Positions 27,134 to 37,085 are shown, counted from the stretch's first letter. The stretch: DNA of 64,000 nt from an uncultured Acidobacteriaceae bacterium (GCA_963789415.1 CAWBKQ010000005.1:2232472-2296471); one strand, 5' to 3'. Made by a program: numbers and translations. Notes: generated by a model not told the origin, from the sequence alone.

Positions 27134-28117
27134 TCAGTGGTCGGTGTTTTCAGCCTGCCTCATCGTCCGTATGACCGTGTGAGCCAGGCTCTCGGCCACT
27201 GCCACGTCGCCTTCGTCGAAATTGAACGGCTTTGGTGCAAACACCATCAGCAATCCGATGGTATCGCGCTCGTACCGTACCGGGGCCGCTAGAATCGAGC
27301 GCACTCCGAGTCTGCGGCAGCTCTCGAGGTCTACGCGAGTGTCATGTTCGGCGTCGTCGCAGCGCAAGGTTTTCCCCTCACGAAAGCACTCGCCTGAAAG
27401 GCCGGAGTTCACATCCAGCCGCGTTCCAAACGCCGGCGCGCTGGCTCCAACGGTGGCTCGGCATACAACAGAACCCTTATGCAAGAGTGCAACAGCTGCA
27501 CTGGCCGCCCTCGTCAGCGAACGTGCCCGCTCCGCAATCATTCGCAACGATGCCGCGAGGTCTGTTCCCAAGGAATTGAATTCGTATTGAACGGTCGCTG
27601 AAATGGGATGCACTTGGCCTTGCGACCCTTCTCTGGCGCCCACCTCGGGCTCCGCTTCCAAACTGATCGCCATGGGGGCTGGGCTGCCAACCACAGGTCG
27701 TGCTGCGCCCCACTTCCAATCTTTCCCCAAGGCGACCTTTGGTGCCGTCCAACTGCGCTTTCCTCCATTCGCCGATAACCAATCGTTTAATCTTTGCCGC
27801 GCGTCCTCTGGCAAATCGGAGAATCTCACACCTGCTCGCCCCAGCGCGTCGGCCCACGCAATATAGCCGGTGGTTTCCATATGCATCGCCGGCTCAGAAA
27901 GATCCACCGCCAGCCGCACCGGGCGGTCTTTCTCAGGACTCTTCGCATCGCCCCGAGACGCGCCCGGCGCAGCGCCCATCTGCATCGACAATCCTTCTTC
28001 ACTCAGATCCAGAATCATCCCGCCAGTCACGCCATCAAAACTGGCGAACGCCGGAGCATGCACCAGTTGGCGCAAGCAGCGCCGCCGCTCGATGGCGAAT
28101 TCGCGTTTACCTTCCAT
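27134..28117 (-). CDS. PilZ-GAF two-domain protein
   Basis: N-terminal RRRCLR (RxxxR) plus DLSEEG (DxSxxG). The C-terminal half is GAF-like (LDVNSGLSGECFREGKTLRCDD...SILAAPV). Confidence 0.7.
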   Translation of the reverse strand: MEGKREFAIERRRCLRQLVHAPAFASFDGVTGGMILDLSEEGLSMQMGAAPGASRGDAKSPEKDRPVRLAVDLSEPAMHMETTGYIAWADALGRAGVRFSDLPEDARQRLNDWLSANGGKRSWTAPKVALGKDWKWGAARPVVGSPAPMAISLEAEPEVGAREGSQGQVHPISATVQYEFNSLGTDLAASLRMIAERARSLTRAASAAVALLHKGSVVCRATVGASAPAFGTRLDVNSGLSGECFREGKTLRCDDAEHDTRVDLESCRRLGVRSILAAPVRYERDTIGLLMVFAPKPFNFDEGDVAVAESLAHTVIRTMRQAENTDH

Positions 28118-28311
28118 GCTTTGCAGGCGGGTTCCTGCGTCGGGTCACGTTCGGGAAAGCAGCTGGGATCTTTATCTTCCTGATAGAAATAATGAGTTCG
28201 CTGGCTGCTGGAAAAAAGTGTTAGGGCAGGTTCCTCTGACGAAGTGGGTGGGGTGCAGCTCTTTCCGGAATCGATGAACTTGGAATAGGGCGGACTCCCG
28301 CGGCCTCTGAC

Positions 28312-29043
28312 TCAGTGAACAGTTTTCGAGCCGCGGTCGTCAGGTTCGTCTGTAGAACAAGAAACCTCTCGTTCCAGCTGCAGGTTGAGCCAGTTTTCCA
28401 AATACTGCTGCGAGTCTGGAGGCACATTCACAAAGCGCAATCCGGTCTGTCCTTTCACGTTTGCCCACGCTACTTCAGATTCCAACTCCAACGCTGCCGT
28501 GCTCTCCGGCAGCGTGAACTGCAAGCGAGACCTGCCATTTGCCGGCAGCGGTTCCTGCGAAACCACCGCCATTCCTCCCTCGCTGATATTGGTACTCATC
28601 GCCTTCCATTCTTTCTCATCGGTGACCCCATTAACCGTTACCTCGAGCGGCTGGCGCTGATAGCGGCGGCGCTCGCGTTCCATGAAACCCAGGGCCGCAT
28701 TGAAACAGCGCGACGCGTTCAGGTTGCTGATGGGCTTCTGTAGAACAAAATTCACTCCCATGCCAAAGGCCTGTTGTGTTGTTGTTCGCTTGCCATTCAG
28801 CACCGCGAAAGTTACCGAATTTTTGTTGCTAAGAGTGGTGCGCACTCCTTGCAGAAGCTCGATGCCCCCTTGAACTTCATCGCAGTCGATAATCACCGCA
28901 TCAAACTTCCCTGCGTCTAGGATTGCTCGAGCTTGCTTCGCCTCATGACAGATCTCCACCTGAATGGATAGTTTTTCGAGCGTTGGCCGCAAGACTCGCA
29001 CCACTTCGATATCCCGGCTCAGAAGAAGGGATTCCAAGGTCAT
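28312..29043 (-). CDS. receiver(-like)-PilZ two-domain protein
   Basis: CheY-like N-terminal half (DAVIIDCD, FVLQKP), but the usual N-terminal acidic pair is replaced by SRD. The PilZ half has RRRYQR and NISEGG. Confidence 0.7.
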   Translation of the reverse strand: MTLESLLLSRDIEVVRVLRPTLEKLSIQVEICHEAKQARAILDAGKFDAVIIDCDEVQGGIELLQGVRTTLSNKNSVTFAVLNGKRTTTQQAFGMGVNFVLQKPISNLNASRCFNAALGFMERERRRYQRQPLEVTVNGVTDEKEWKAMSTNISEGGMAVVSQEPLPANGRSRLQFTLPESTAALELESEVAWANVKGQTGLRFVNVPPDSQQYLENWLNLQLEREVSCSTDEPDDRGSKTVH

Positions 29044-29126
29044 GCGCCAATTCTAATTAACGTGATCACCCCGTCGAAAGTAACGAAGGTATTGGGCGTG
29101 TAAACTGATGTAGCCCCGAGAGATTG

Positions 29127-29672
29127 ATGCAGAACGGCGACATCCTATTCAAGCGGAAAGCCACAGAACACAGCCTGTCACTATCTCCCGGGCGCCGTGT
29201 CTATCTCTCTCTCGGCTCCAATATCGGAGTTCGCGAAGCGAACCTGCGCGATGCCAAGTCACGCTTGGGAGCAGTTGGCCAGGTGCTGGCCATGTCATCC
29301 TTCTATGAAACCGAGCCGGTCGAAGTGATTGAGCAGCCCTGGTTCCTGAATTGCGCGGTTAAACTTGAAACCGCGCAGACTCCACAACAACTCATGAAAA
29401 GCATTTTGCAGATCGAGCGGGACATGGGCCGCCGCCGGGTGCAGAAAAAAGGCCCCCGCGCTATCGACATCGACATGCTGTTGTTCAACGGCGAAGTCAT
29501 CGAATCAGACGAACTTACACTCCCTCATCCGGCAATGTACCGCCGTCGCTTCGTCTTGGAGCCACTGGCGGAGATTGCGCCGGATGCTTTGCATCCGATC
29601 TTGCTAAAGACAATTCAACAACTGCTCGATGAACTACCCGCGGGACAGGCAGTGCGAAAGCAGAAACCCTGA
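29127..29672 (+). CDS. folK: 2-amino-4-hydroxy-6-hydroxymethyldihydropteridine diphosphokinase
   Basis: LSLGSNIG, FYETEPV, PRAIDIDMLLF and LTLPHP motifs. Confidence 0.88.
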   Translation: MQNGDILFKRKATEHSLSLSPGRRVYLSLGSNIGVREANLRDAKSRLGAVGQVLAMSSFYETEPVEVIEQPWFLNCAVKLETAQTPQQLMKSILQIERDMGRRRVQKKGPRAIDIDMLLFNGEVIESDELTLPHPAMYRRRFVLEPLAEIAPDALHPILLKTIQQLLDELPAGQAVRKQKP

Positions 29673-29779
29673 CCCTCAGATTATCGGACTCGCACAGATG
29701 GCGACATCTTTAATCTCTAAGAACGGTGTATTTCAAGTGATCCGTGGAATCCATGAAAATCCATGCCGAACTTTTCGCT

Positions 29780-30520
29780 CTACGGCAAAATAATCCTGTT
29801 CCCCGCACCCTGCTCCGCCAGTACGGCCGATTGCTTCTCCGGAAACTGAGCATACAGAAAATCAATAAACGCCCGCGACTTCGGCCTTCCGGAAGTACGC
29901 CCCTGCGCCAGCCGCAACAAGAACACCAGCGACTTCAGAACATCACCATCTCTCAAAGTCGAATATCCTAGTTGCTTCTGCTCCGCCTCGCGATACTGCT
30001 TCATCATTTCCTCCACCTGGGCCGCAACCGCGTGCTGCGCACGCCCGGCAACTGGCTGTTGATAATGCAATCCAGAATTCACCAGTCGTTCATAACTCGT
30101 GCACATGGCCGTGAGCGCGGTAATCAGATCGCAATCATTGAGAGTTCGATCCGATCTCGCCGCCTTCACCAGCGCATAACTCAAACCCATCAGCAGGTGC
30201 TCGCGCTCGTAGGTAAACTGCTCCGAAATCTCGACCTGCAGAAACAAAGATGCGCGGTCGACTTGCTTCGCCGGGCGAGGCTTCTCATGCTCCCGCGCCT
30301 GTTGCAGATACGGACACTCGCTCGGGCAATCCAGCGTCACCTCGCGCTGTTCGCCGCAACACTGCGAACAAATGCGCCCATGCACCGCCGGACAAAAGCG
30401 TTTCTCCTTACGAATTTCGCAAATCGCGCAACTCAAATCGAAATTCTCCTCCCAATCATTATGGCATTCGCACCGAACCATCGCCGCCATCTGGCCCCAA
30501 CGAAATGCGGCTACTTCCAC
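29780..30520 (-). CDS. cysteine-rich (putative metal-binding) protein of unknown function
   Basis: The first ~70 aa contain 12 Cys (C.C, C..C, FCP, C..CC, CP..CP). The remainder is helical with no recognised motif. The overlapping plus-strand ORF is judged spurious. Confidence 0.6.
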   Translation of the reverse strand: MEVAAFRWGQMAAMVRCECHNDWEENFDLSCAICEIRKEKRFCPAVHGRICSQCCGEQREVTLDCPSECPYLQQAREHEKPRPAKQVDRASLFLQVEISEQFTYEREHLLMGLSYALVKAARSDRTLNDCDLITALTAMCTSYERLVNSGLHYQQPVAGRAQHAVAAQVEEMMKQYREAEQKQLGYSTLRDGDVLKSLVFLLRLAQGRTSGRPKSRAFIDFLYAQFPEKQSAVLAEQGAGNRIILP

Positions 30521-30733
30521 ACAAACGCCGCCCCTCTTAACCGCTCAGTAACCATTCAGATGCGTCTTTCTGCGCCATTTTGGAACCTGCCTCGCAAATT
30601 ACCTTGTAATAATGCGCTTTTTTTGATACCAAATGCATGGAACCCGCGTAAAATAAGGGTGTTTTCCACAGGGGCCCTGATATACCATCAGAGCCGCTGG
30701 AACTCAAATTCCAATCTATTCCCAGGAGGAAGT

Positions 30734-31027
30734 ATGGCAACAGGTTTAACCAAGACTCAACTCGTCCGTCTTTTGGCCGAGAAAACTGAAATTCCCAACA
30801 AGACCGCGGCAGCATTTCTCGAGCAGCTTGCCGATGTGGCGGTAAAAGAAACCAAGAAAAACGGCGTATTCGTTGTGCCCGGTCTCGGCCGCCTGGTGAA
30901 GGCGCACCGCAAAGCCCGCATCGGCCGCAACCCGCAGACCGGCGAACCAATCCAGATCAAAGCGAAGACCGTCGTGAAATTCCGCGTCGCCAAAGCTGCG
31001 AAAGATGCCATCGCTCCCAAGAAATAG
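30734..31027 (+). CDS. hup: HU-family DNA-binding protein
   Basis: AGGAGGA RBS. 97 aa with GFG-equivalent GLGRL and the RNPQTGE arm motif. Only the last 97 codons of the 351-aa ORF-track ORF are used. Confidence 0.92.
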   Translation: MATGLTKTQLVRLLAEKTEIPNKTAAAFLEQLADVAVKETKKNGVFVVPGLGRLVKAHRKARIGRNPQTGEPIQIKAKTVVKFRVAKAAKDAIAPKK

Positions 31028-31056
31028 TTCGCTTGCAATCTGATTCAAGATTGATG

Positions 31057-31084
31057 AAGGCCGGCTTTAGGTCGGCCTTTTTGG
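31057..31084 (+). terminator. rho-independent terminator after the HU gene
   Basis: AAGGCCGGC/GTCGGCCTT stem followed by TTTTT. Confidence 0.6.
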
Positions 31085-31177
31085 CGTTCCCGCCAGTTTT
31101 GTAGATTTTGTGTGCACGGCGGCGATAATGGTACAGGCAAACAGCAGGTTCCTCACAAGGTTTTGCGCCTGTCCGGA

Positions 31178-32140
31178 ATGTTACCCATGGTCAACTGGCT
31201 CCTGATCGGAATCGGGGACATCTCCACCCGCCGCGTCATCCCGGCAATTCAAGCCGGGCCGCGCAGCCGCCTCTGCGGCATCGTCACGCGAGACCCAGCA
31301 AAAGCCGCACCATACAACGCCAAGGTCTGGGCCAATCTCAGCGACGCTCTAACCGATCCCGCAATCAACGCCGTCTACGTTGCCACTCCCGTCTTCCTTC
31401 ACGCGCCCCAGACAATCGCGTCCCTCCGCGCAGGCAAGCACGTGCTGTGCGAAAAGCCAATGGCGATGACCGAAGCCGAAGCGTCTTCGATGCTCGAAGC
31501 CGCTAAAGAAAATCAGCGCATTTTAGCCGTTGCCTATTATCGCCGCGCCTATCCCAAAGTGCAGCGTGCCAAACAGCTGCTCGCCGCCGGAGCGATCGGC
31601 CAGCCCGTATTCGCCGAACTCACTTGCCACGCCTGGTTTGACGGTAAAGAATATGACGGCTCCGATCGCGGCCGCCACTGGCTTATCGATCCCGCCAAAG
31701 CCGGAGGCGGGCCGCTCTTCGACATCGCTTCGCACCGCATCGACGTCCTGAATTTTCTTTTCGGCCGGCCGCAGTGCGTCAGCGCGCATCTTGGTAATGC
31801 GGTGCATCATTACGCCGTCGAAGACAACGCCACCGTGATAGTCGACTATGCGAACGGCATGCGCGGGGTCGTCGATGTCCGCTGGCACTCGAAAGTCAAA
31901 CGCGACGAATGCCGCATTCGCGGCACCCACGGCGAGATGGATTTAACCCCGCTCAACGGTCCCGACATAACTTATCCCGGCGGACACGAAAGTCTCCCGG
32001 TGCACCAGAACGTGCATCTTCCCCTGATCGGAAATTTCGCAGATGCAATGGAAGGCAAAGCGCCACTAATCGCGAGTGGCGAAGCCGCCTTTTGGACCGA
32101 TTGGACCACCGAACGCGCTCGAAAAACGAATAGTGGTTGA
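31178..32140 (+). CDS. Gfo/Idh/MocA-family oxidoreductase
   Basis: N-terminal IGIGDIS Rossmann motif and the EKP motif (VLCEKPMA). The start is ATG 31178 or 31187. Confidence 0.8.
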   Translation: MLPMVNWLLIGIGDISTRRVIPAIQAGPRSRLCGIVTRDPAKAAPYNAKVWANLSDALTDPAINAVYVATPVFLHAPQTIASLRAGKHVLCEKPMAMTEAEASSMLEAAKENQRILAVAYYRRAYPKVQRAKQLLAAGAIGQPVFAELTCHAWFDGKEYDGSDRGRHWLIDPAKAGGGPLFDIASHRIDVLNFLFGRPQCVSAHLGNAVHHYAVEDNATVIVDYANGMRGVVDVRWHSKVKRDECRIRGTHGEMDLTPLNGPDITYPGGHESLPVHQNVHLPLIGNFADAMEGKAPLIASGEAAFWTDWTTERARKTNSG

Positions 32141-32203
32141 TTAGAAAATGCGTCATCCCGCCCCCCGCCTCACCAGTGGGGGCGAGGGATCTCGATCGAG
32201 CGC

Positions 32204-33499
32204 TCACTTTCCATATTCGTTTTTAACCACCTCGCCACCTTTCATCACAAACTTCACCCGCTCCAGCGTAGTCACATCCTGCAACGGATCACCATCCACC
32301 GCGATCACATCACCCCAGGCGCCAGGTTCCAGCGTGCCGACTTTCCCCGACCATCCCAGCAAATCCGCCGCATTGATCGTCGAAGCCTGAATCGCCTGCA
32401 GCGGCGTCAGCCCCAGCTTTACCATTACTGCAAACTCATGCGCGTTCAGCCCATGCGGATAAACCGCCGCATCCGTGCCGAACGCAACCTTCACTCCACT
32501 GGCAAATGCATGCGCAATGTTCTGCCGCGCAGCCGGCATCACCGCCTTAGCCTTAACCAACAAGAAATCCGGCACATGATTCCGCTCTGCATTTTCCAGA
32601 AACCAATCGCCGAGATATAGAGTCGGCACCAGATAGGTTCCGTTCGTTTTCATCTCGGCAATTCCCGCGTCGTCGATGTACGACCCATGCTCAATCGAAT
32701 CCACGCCCGCCTCAGACGCCCAAAGAATGGCCTGCGCTCCATGGGCATGCGCGGCGACCTTGCGCCCCAAGCGGTGAGCATCAGCCACAATCGCCTTCAT
32801 CTCCTCTAGCGTGTATTGCGACGCCTGCGGATCGTCTCCCTTGGAAAGCACACCGCCGCTCGCACAAACCTTAATGAGGTCAACCCCATACTTGATGTTC
32901 TCTCGCACTTTGTGCTGCACGGCCGCAACCCCGTCGGCCACGCCGTCCGAAGTCGCGTGATATTCAAAAGGCAGCAAATTGTTATCGCAATGCCCGCCGG
33001 TAATGCTCAGCGGAGGCCCGCTCACCAGCATCCTCGGCCCCGGCACGTCGCCGGCATTGATCGCATCGCGAAGGGCAACGTCGGTATATCCCGAGGCGCC
33101 CACGTTGCGCACGGTCGTAAATCCTGCCTTTAGCGTGACCCGCGCATTCTTCGCGCCAATCAAAGCTTCGCGTGGCAAAGAAATGCCAAGCTGCTCGTAG
33201 CCAAACTTCGGATCGCTGGTCAAGTGCGTATGAGCGTCAATCAGTCCGGGCAGCACAGTCGCATTCGGCAAGTCGATCACCATCGCGCCCGCTGGAGCCT
33301 TCGCCTGCGCGGATGCACCGACGCTCACAATCTTGCCGTCTTCGATCACTATCGCCTGCCCCGAAAGCATTTTCCCGGTTCTTACGTCGAGTATGTGACC
33401 AGCACGAACGACTGCAGATTTCGAACTCTGCTGTGCATTGGTCGCCAACGCTGATGTCAGAACGGCGACAGCCAGAACAGAATGCAGAATTGCCTTCAT
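32204..33499 (-). CDS. secreted amidohydrolase-family metallohydrolase
   Basis: Signal peptide [29 protein letters not shown] metal-binding motif. C-terminal D..GTLE.G..AD motif. Confidence 0.85.
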   Translation of the reverse strand: MKAILHSVLAVAVLTSALATNAQQSSKSAVVRAGHILDVRTGKMLSGQAIVIEDGKIVSVGASAQAKAPAGAMVIDLPNATVLPGLIDAHTHLTSDPKFGYEQLGISLPREALIGAKNARVTLKAGFTTVRNVGASGYTDVALRDAINAGDVPGPRMLVSGPPLSITGGHCDNNLLPFEYHATSDGVADGVAAVQHKVRENIKYGVDLIKVCASGGVLSKGDDPQASQYTLEEMKAIVADAHRLGRKVAAHAHGAQAILWASEAGVDSIEHGSYIDDAGIAEMKTNGTYLVPTLYLGDWFLENAERNHVPDFLLVKAKAVMPAARQNIAHAFASGVKVAFGTDAAVYPHGLNAHEFAVMVKLGLTPLQAIQASTINAADLLGWSGKVGTLEPGAWGDVIAVDGDPLQDVTTLERVKFVMKGGEVVKNEYGK

Positions 33500-33799
33500 C
33501 GATCCTCTCCCCAAATGCTTAAGTGAAAAGCAAAGCGGAACCACAAGCGTACGGAAGAATATCAAAAGCGGGCAGGTAAGTCGTAGGGTGCCAGCCCAAG
33601 CCGAACAATGACACCACGCAGTATCGCACCTAGGCAAAAGACGGTGGCTCAACAAAAAGCCGGCGGCATCCGTGGTACTAGCGGTTTAATTCTCCAAACC
33701 AAAGAAAAGTACCAACGCGGCAATCGGCTAGACCCGCCATCGAATTTGACGCTGCGGATGGAGTCGTTGCCACAGTCTGTCATGAGAGGCAAGGAGAAT

Positions 33800-34243
33800 T
33801 TATCCTCCGGGCCCATCATTCGAAACATAAGCCTCCAGCGACTCCAACTCCCGGCTAAGATCGTCGACCCGCCACTCCAACAGATTACGGATCGAGAGAA
33901 TTCCCAGCAGCTTGCCTCGATCATCGGCGACAGGCAGGTGGCGAAAGTGCCGGTCAATCATGGTAGCCAGCGCTTCACCCGCGCCAGTCCGCTGTGTTGC
34001 CATTTCCACCGGAGTTGTCATCAGGTCGCGGACGGACGTGGATTGCGGATCGGTCTGCGTCAGCGCCATCTTGCGCAGCACATCGCGCTCTGTAAAGATC
34101 CCCGCAACTCGAAATTCAGAATCGACCACCGCTACAGCGCCCACGTGATGATCGAGCATCTTATTGATAGCATCTGCAACCGTGGCGTCCAGCGGCACCG
34201 CGGCGATTTCGCGGTCACAAAGTTCCAGCAGGCTCATAAGCAT
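33800..34243 (-). CDS. CBS-pair domain protein
   Basis: Two CBS motifs (HHVGAVAVVD...GIFTERDV and RHLPVADDRGKLLGILSIRNL). Confidence 0.85.
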   Translation of the reverse strand: MLMSLLELCDREIAAVPLDATVADAINKMLDHHVGAVAVVDSEFRVAGIFTERDVLRKMALTQTDPQSTSVRDLMTTPVEMATQRTGAGEALATMIDRHFRHLPVADDRGKLLGILSIRNLLEWRVDDLSRELESLEAYVSNDGPGG

Positions 34244-34411
34244 CTCCTTCGGCTCTCCGACCAGCCCCTGAGCGAATCCCGCCGTGAACCCAGAAACGGG
34301 ATTTTTGCATTATGCTCGCGCCCAACGCGATGTCAAGCAAAATGAAACGATTTCGCGAATCGCAATTTCAACTTGCATCCGCTTCCGTCCAAACCCCATA
34401 AACCCCACATT

Positions 34412-35758
34412 TCAGTCTTCCATCTCTACGTTTTGACCGTTGCTCCTGAAAACCTTCCCGTCTTTCATCACGAACCGCACATTCTCCAACGCCTTGATAT
34501 CGCGCACCGGATCGCCATCCACAGCGATGACATCTGCAAACGCTCCGGGAGCAACCACGCCAATCTTTCCTTCCATTTCGAGCAGCGAAGCCGCCCGCGA
34601 AGTCGCGCTCCGAATCGCATCCATTGGACTCATCCCCAACTCCACCATCCGCGGAAACTCCTGCGCAATCGGCTCCGTCCACGGAATCCCGCCCATGTCA
34701 GTGCCAAATGCAATCTTGACCCCAGCCTTCATCGCCTTCTGAAATGACGGACCATGCACCGCAACTCGCAACCGATCGCGCTGTCCCGCTGGCGTATCCG
34801 CCGGAGCCCAATCGTGGTAATACGCGCTAATCGTCGGCACGTACCATGTCCCTTGTTTCAGCATCTGCGCAATCGCCGCATCATCGAGATCGAGCCCATG
34901 CTCGATCGAATCGCACCCGCCATCGAGCGCGCGACGCAGCCCAAGTCCACCGTAGGCGTGGCATGCAACTTTCTTCCCCCATCCATGCGCCTCATCCACC
35001 ACCGCCTGCAGTTCCTCCACGGTAAGAGTCGGCTGCGAAACCAATTCGCCGTTCTTGCCCACCCATGACCTGTGCGTCATATAAACCTTGATCCAGTCAG
35101 CTCCATGATCAAGCTGCTCGCGCGCCGCTTTACGTGCCTCCACCGGGCCATCGACGATCTGTGAGCCCTTCGGCAGGTCGAGCTCAGGCGCATAACCCTC
35201 CAGCGGATACCCGCCAGTAGTCGAAATCGCGCGCGTCGAAACAAACAGCCGCGGACCGGGAATGTACCCTTCGTTAATCGCCTCCTTGATGCCGATATCG
35301 CCGTAGCCCGCGCCTTCCGTCTCCACATCGCGCAAGGTGGTGAACCCCTGTTCCAGCGCTCGCCGCGCCGCAACCGTGGCCCGCGCCGCACGCAGCGCCA
35401 ACGGGGCATTCAGAATGTTCGCGTCATACCCGCCCTGCGCCGGATCTTCCCCTTGAAGGAAAATATGGGTGTGACAATCGATAAGCCCTGGCAGCACCGT
35501 AGCCTTTGACAAGTCAATCACCACCGCCCCCGCGGGAATCTTCGTGTTGGCCGCTTCCCCAACGCTCTCGACGCGATTTCCGCGTATCACGATCACTTGA
35601 TCGTGTTGCGCCGAATTCGATCTGCCGTCGATCAGAGTACCCGCTCGAATGACGATCACAGGCGGCTGCACCGAGCGGCTGGGTTCCTGAGCAAAAGCGC
35701 TTACGCAGACGGCAAGAAACAACATCCAACAGAAGTTCTTCACGTTTGCTCTCCTCAA
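34412..35758 (-). CDS. secreted amidohydrolase-family metallohydrolase (paralogue of 32204-33499)
   Basis: Signal peptide, LPGLIDCHTH, and the same C-terminal [16 protein letters not shown] pattern as the neighbouring paralogue. Confidence 0.85.
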   Translation of the reverse strand: MRRANVKNFCWMLFLAVCVSAFAQEPSRSVQPPVIVIRAGTLIDGRSNSAQHDQVIVIRGNRVESVGEAANTKIPAGAVVIDLSKATVLPGLIDCHTHIFLQGEDPAQGGYDANILNAPLALRAARATVAARRALEQGFTTLRDVETEGAGYGDIGIKEAINEGYIPGPRLFVSTRAISTTGGYPLEGYAPELDLPKGSQIVDGPVEARKAAREQLDHGADWIKVYMTHRSWVGKNGELVSQPTLTVEELQAVVDEAHGWGKKVACHAYGGLGLRRALDGGCDSIEHGLDLDDAAIAQMLKQGTWYVPTISAYYHDWAPADTPAGQRDRLRVAVHGPSFQKAMKAGVKIAFGTDMGGIPWTEPIAQEFPRMVELGMSPMDAIRSATSRAASLLEMEGKIGVVAPGAFADVIAVDGDPVRDIKALENVRFVMKDGKVFRSNGQNVEMED

Positions 35759-35882
35759 GATATTTCAGGACAATGTCAGTTCCATCTACCCTCGAATCCC
35801 GGCGGATGGTTTGACGGCATGGATTCTATACCCTCTTGGACCTTGAGAGTGACTAGCTGAATCAACAATCTCGCGGGAGCTA

Positions 35883-36343
35883 GTGCGAGTTGCAGGAACG
35901 CAGGAGGCTGGAGTTATACCTACCGTCATTAACGCGGCCTTTGGCCAAGCTGAAAGCTTTTTTGTCGAGCGTGATCGCATCGATGCGGATAAAGTTCAGT
36001 CCCTATTACGCACCGGGGAATTTCTGGTTTCCGAGCGGAGGGAATCATCACGGGCTGTGTCTACGTCGAAATGAAGTTTGGCCGCTCGTATCTCGGCTTG
36101 CTGGCTGTCGACCCCAAAGCTCAGAAGTCCGGGATAGGATCGAAGCTGATGGCCGCGGCGGAAGATCATTGCCGCAAGCTGGGTAGCCACTTTAGGGATA
36201 TCCAGATCGTCAACCTTCGCAACGAACTGCCGGAGTTCTACCATCACCGCGGATACATCGAAACTGGCACCGCGCCATTGACCGCCGGCCTGAATCCGAA
36301 GCTTCCATGCCATTTTGTAAAGATGTCGAAGCCACTGATTTAG
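35883..36343 (+). pseudogene. GNAT-family N-acetyltransferase, frame broken by an apparent 1-nt deletion near 36036-36038
   Basis: The N-terminal part (to ...GEFLVSE) is in the frame of GTG 35883. The rest (GIITGCVYVEM...LLAVDPKAQKSGIGSKLM...) is in the frame of 36071. The total length is 461 nt, one short of a whole number of codons. Confidence 0.6.
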
Positions 36344-36533
36344 CAGCCAACCGCCCCGTGTGCCAACAAAACCGCGCTGCAACCTTGCTGCGTGCCACAC
36401 GACTCTAATCATTTGTAAAAATAATGACCCGGATAAACAAAAGTCACTTGCGTTTCCATCGGAACTACGGTAACTACTTACTAACCGTAGTTGAAAACCG
36501 CCGTCCAACGCGGCTTTCAGGAGCTCTAAAAGC

Positions 36534-37085
36534 ATGATTCCGGAATCTCATCCGCTGCGTCAGCTTTTTCAGGAACTGGTTGGCCGCCACTATGCCGAAG
36601 AGATCGGCATTCGCGATCCAGAGATCATTGCGTATGTTTCGCACCTGCTGGCGGAGTTCTGCGAGAGCGATCAGTTGTTCAAAATTCACAATACTGCTGA
36701 CCAGCCGCTGACAGATTTAGGAGAGATGCTGCTCGAGTCCGACCCGGTCTACGGACCTGCGCCCTCATTCGACCGCGAACGCCAGGTTCGCAAACACATT
36801 GGCGACTTCGCGCTTTTCTTTGCCGGGATGTTCCCCGAGAGCATCAACCATTTCCGCCTGCGACGGCAGCGCCTCGAGAGTTTTGTCGAGTGGATGAAAG
36901 CCGGAAAAGAGAGTTACTACATCGTCTCGAAGTTTGAGCACTTCGAATATGCCAAGGTTGCACCGTTGTTCGCTCACCTTTCGCGCGAGTTCGAAGCTTG
37001 CGTCTACGGCCTCAACATGGTGAAGAACGATCTGCGGGAAATGCAGCACCCCATCGTGCGCCGCGATCCTGAACTGCTGATGTAG
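36534..37085 (+). CDS. hypothetical protein
   Basis: 183-aa ORF with a balanced composition and no recognised motif. Confidence 0.55.
   Translation: MIPESHPLRQLFQELVGRHYAEEIGIRDPEIIAYVSHLLAEFCESDQLFKIHNTADQPLTDLGEMLLESDPVYGPAPSFDRERQVRKHIGDFALFFAGMFPESINHFRLRRQRLESFVEWMKAGKESYYIVSKFEHFEYAKVAPLFAHLSREFEACVYGLNMVKNDLREMQHPIVRRDPELLM

Noticed and set aside
30581-30596. Sigma54-like element TGGAAC-N5-TCGCA upstream of the HU gene.
   Set aside because: Both half-sites deviate from TGGCAC-N5-TTGCW. It is about 140 nt from the start codon, no enhancer-binding protein gene is nearby, and HU genes are not typical sigma54 targets. It is most likely a chance match.
29972-30733. The N-terminal 254 codons of the 351-aa plus-strand ORF that ends as the HU protein.
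   Set aside because: The translation is Leu/Arg/His-rich nonsense. HU homology begins only at the ATG at 30734, which has its own AGGAGGA RBS. The opposite strand encodes a more protein-like Cys-rich ORF.
32141-32203. GC-rich sequence (CCCGCCCCCCGCCTCACCAGTGGGGGCGAGGG) between convergent genes, considered as another family 1 copy.
   Set aside because: It shares only the GGGCGAGGG-like word. The arms are not properly complementary and the GTGTGG head is missing. The similarity is insufficient.
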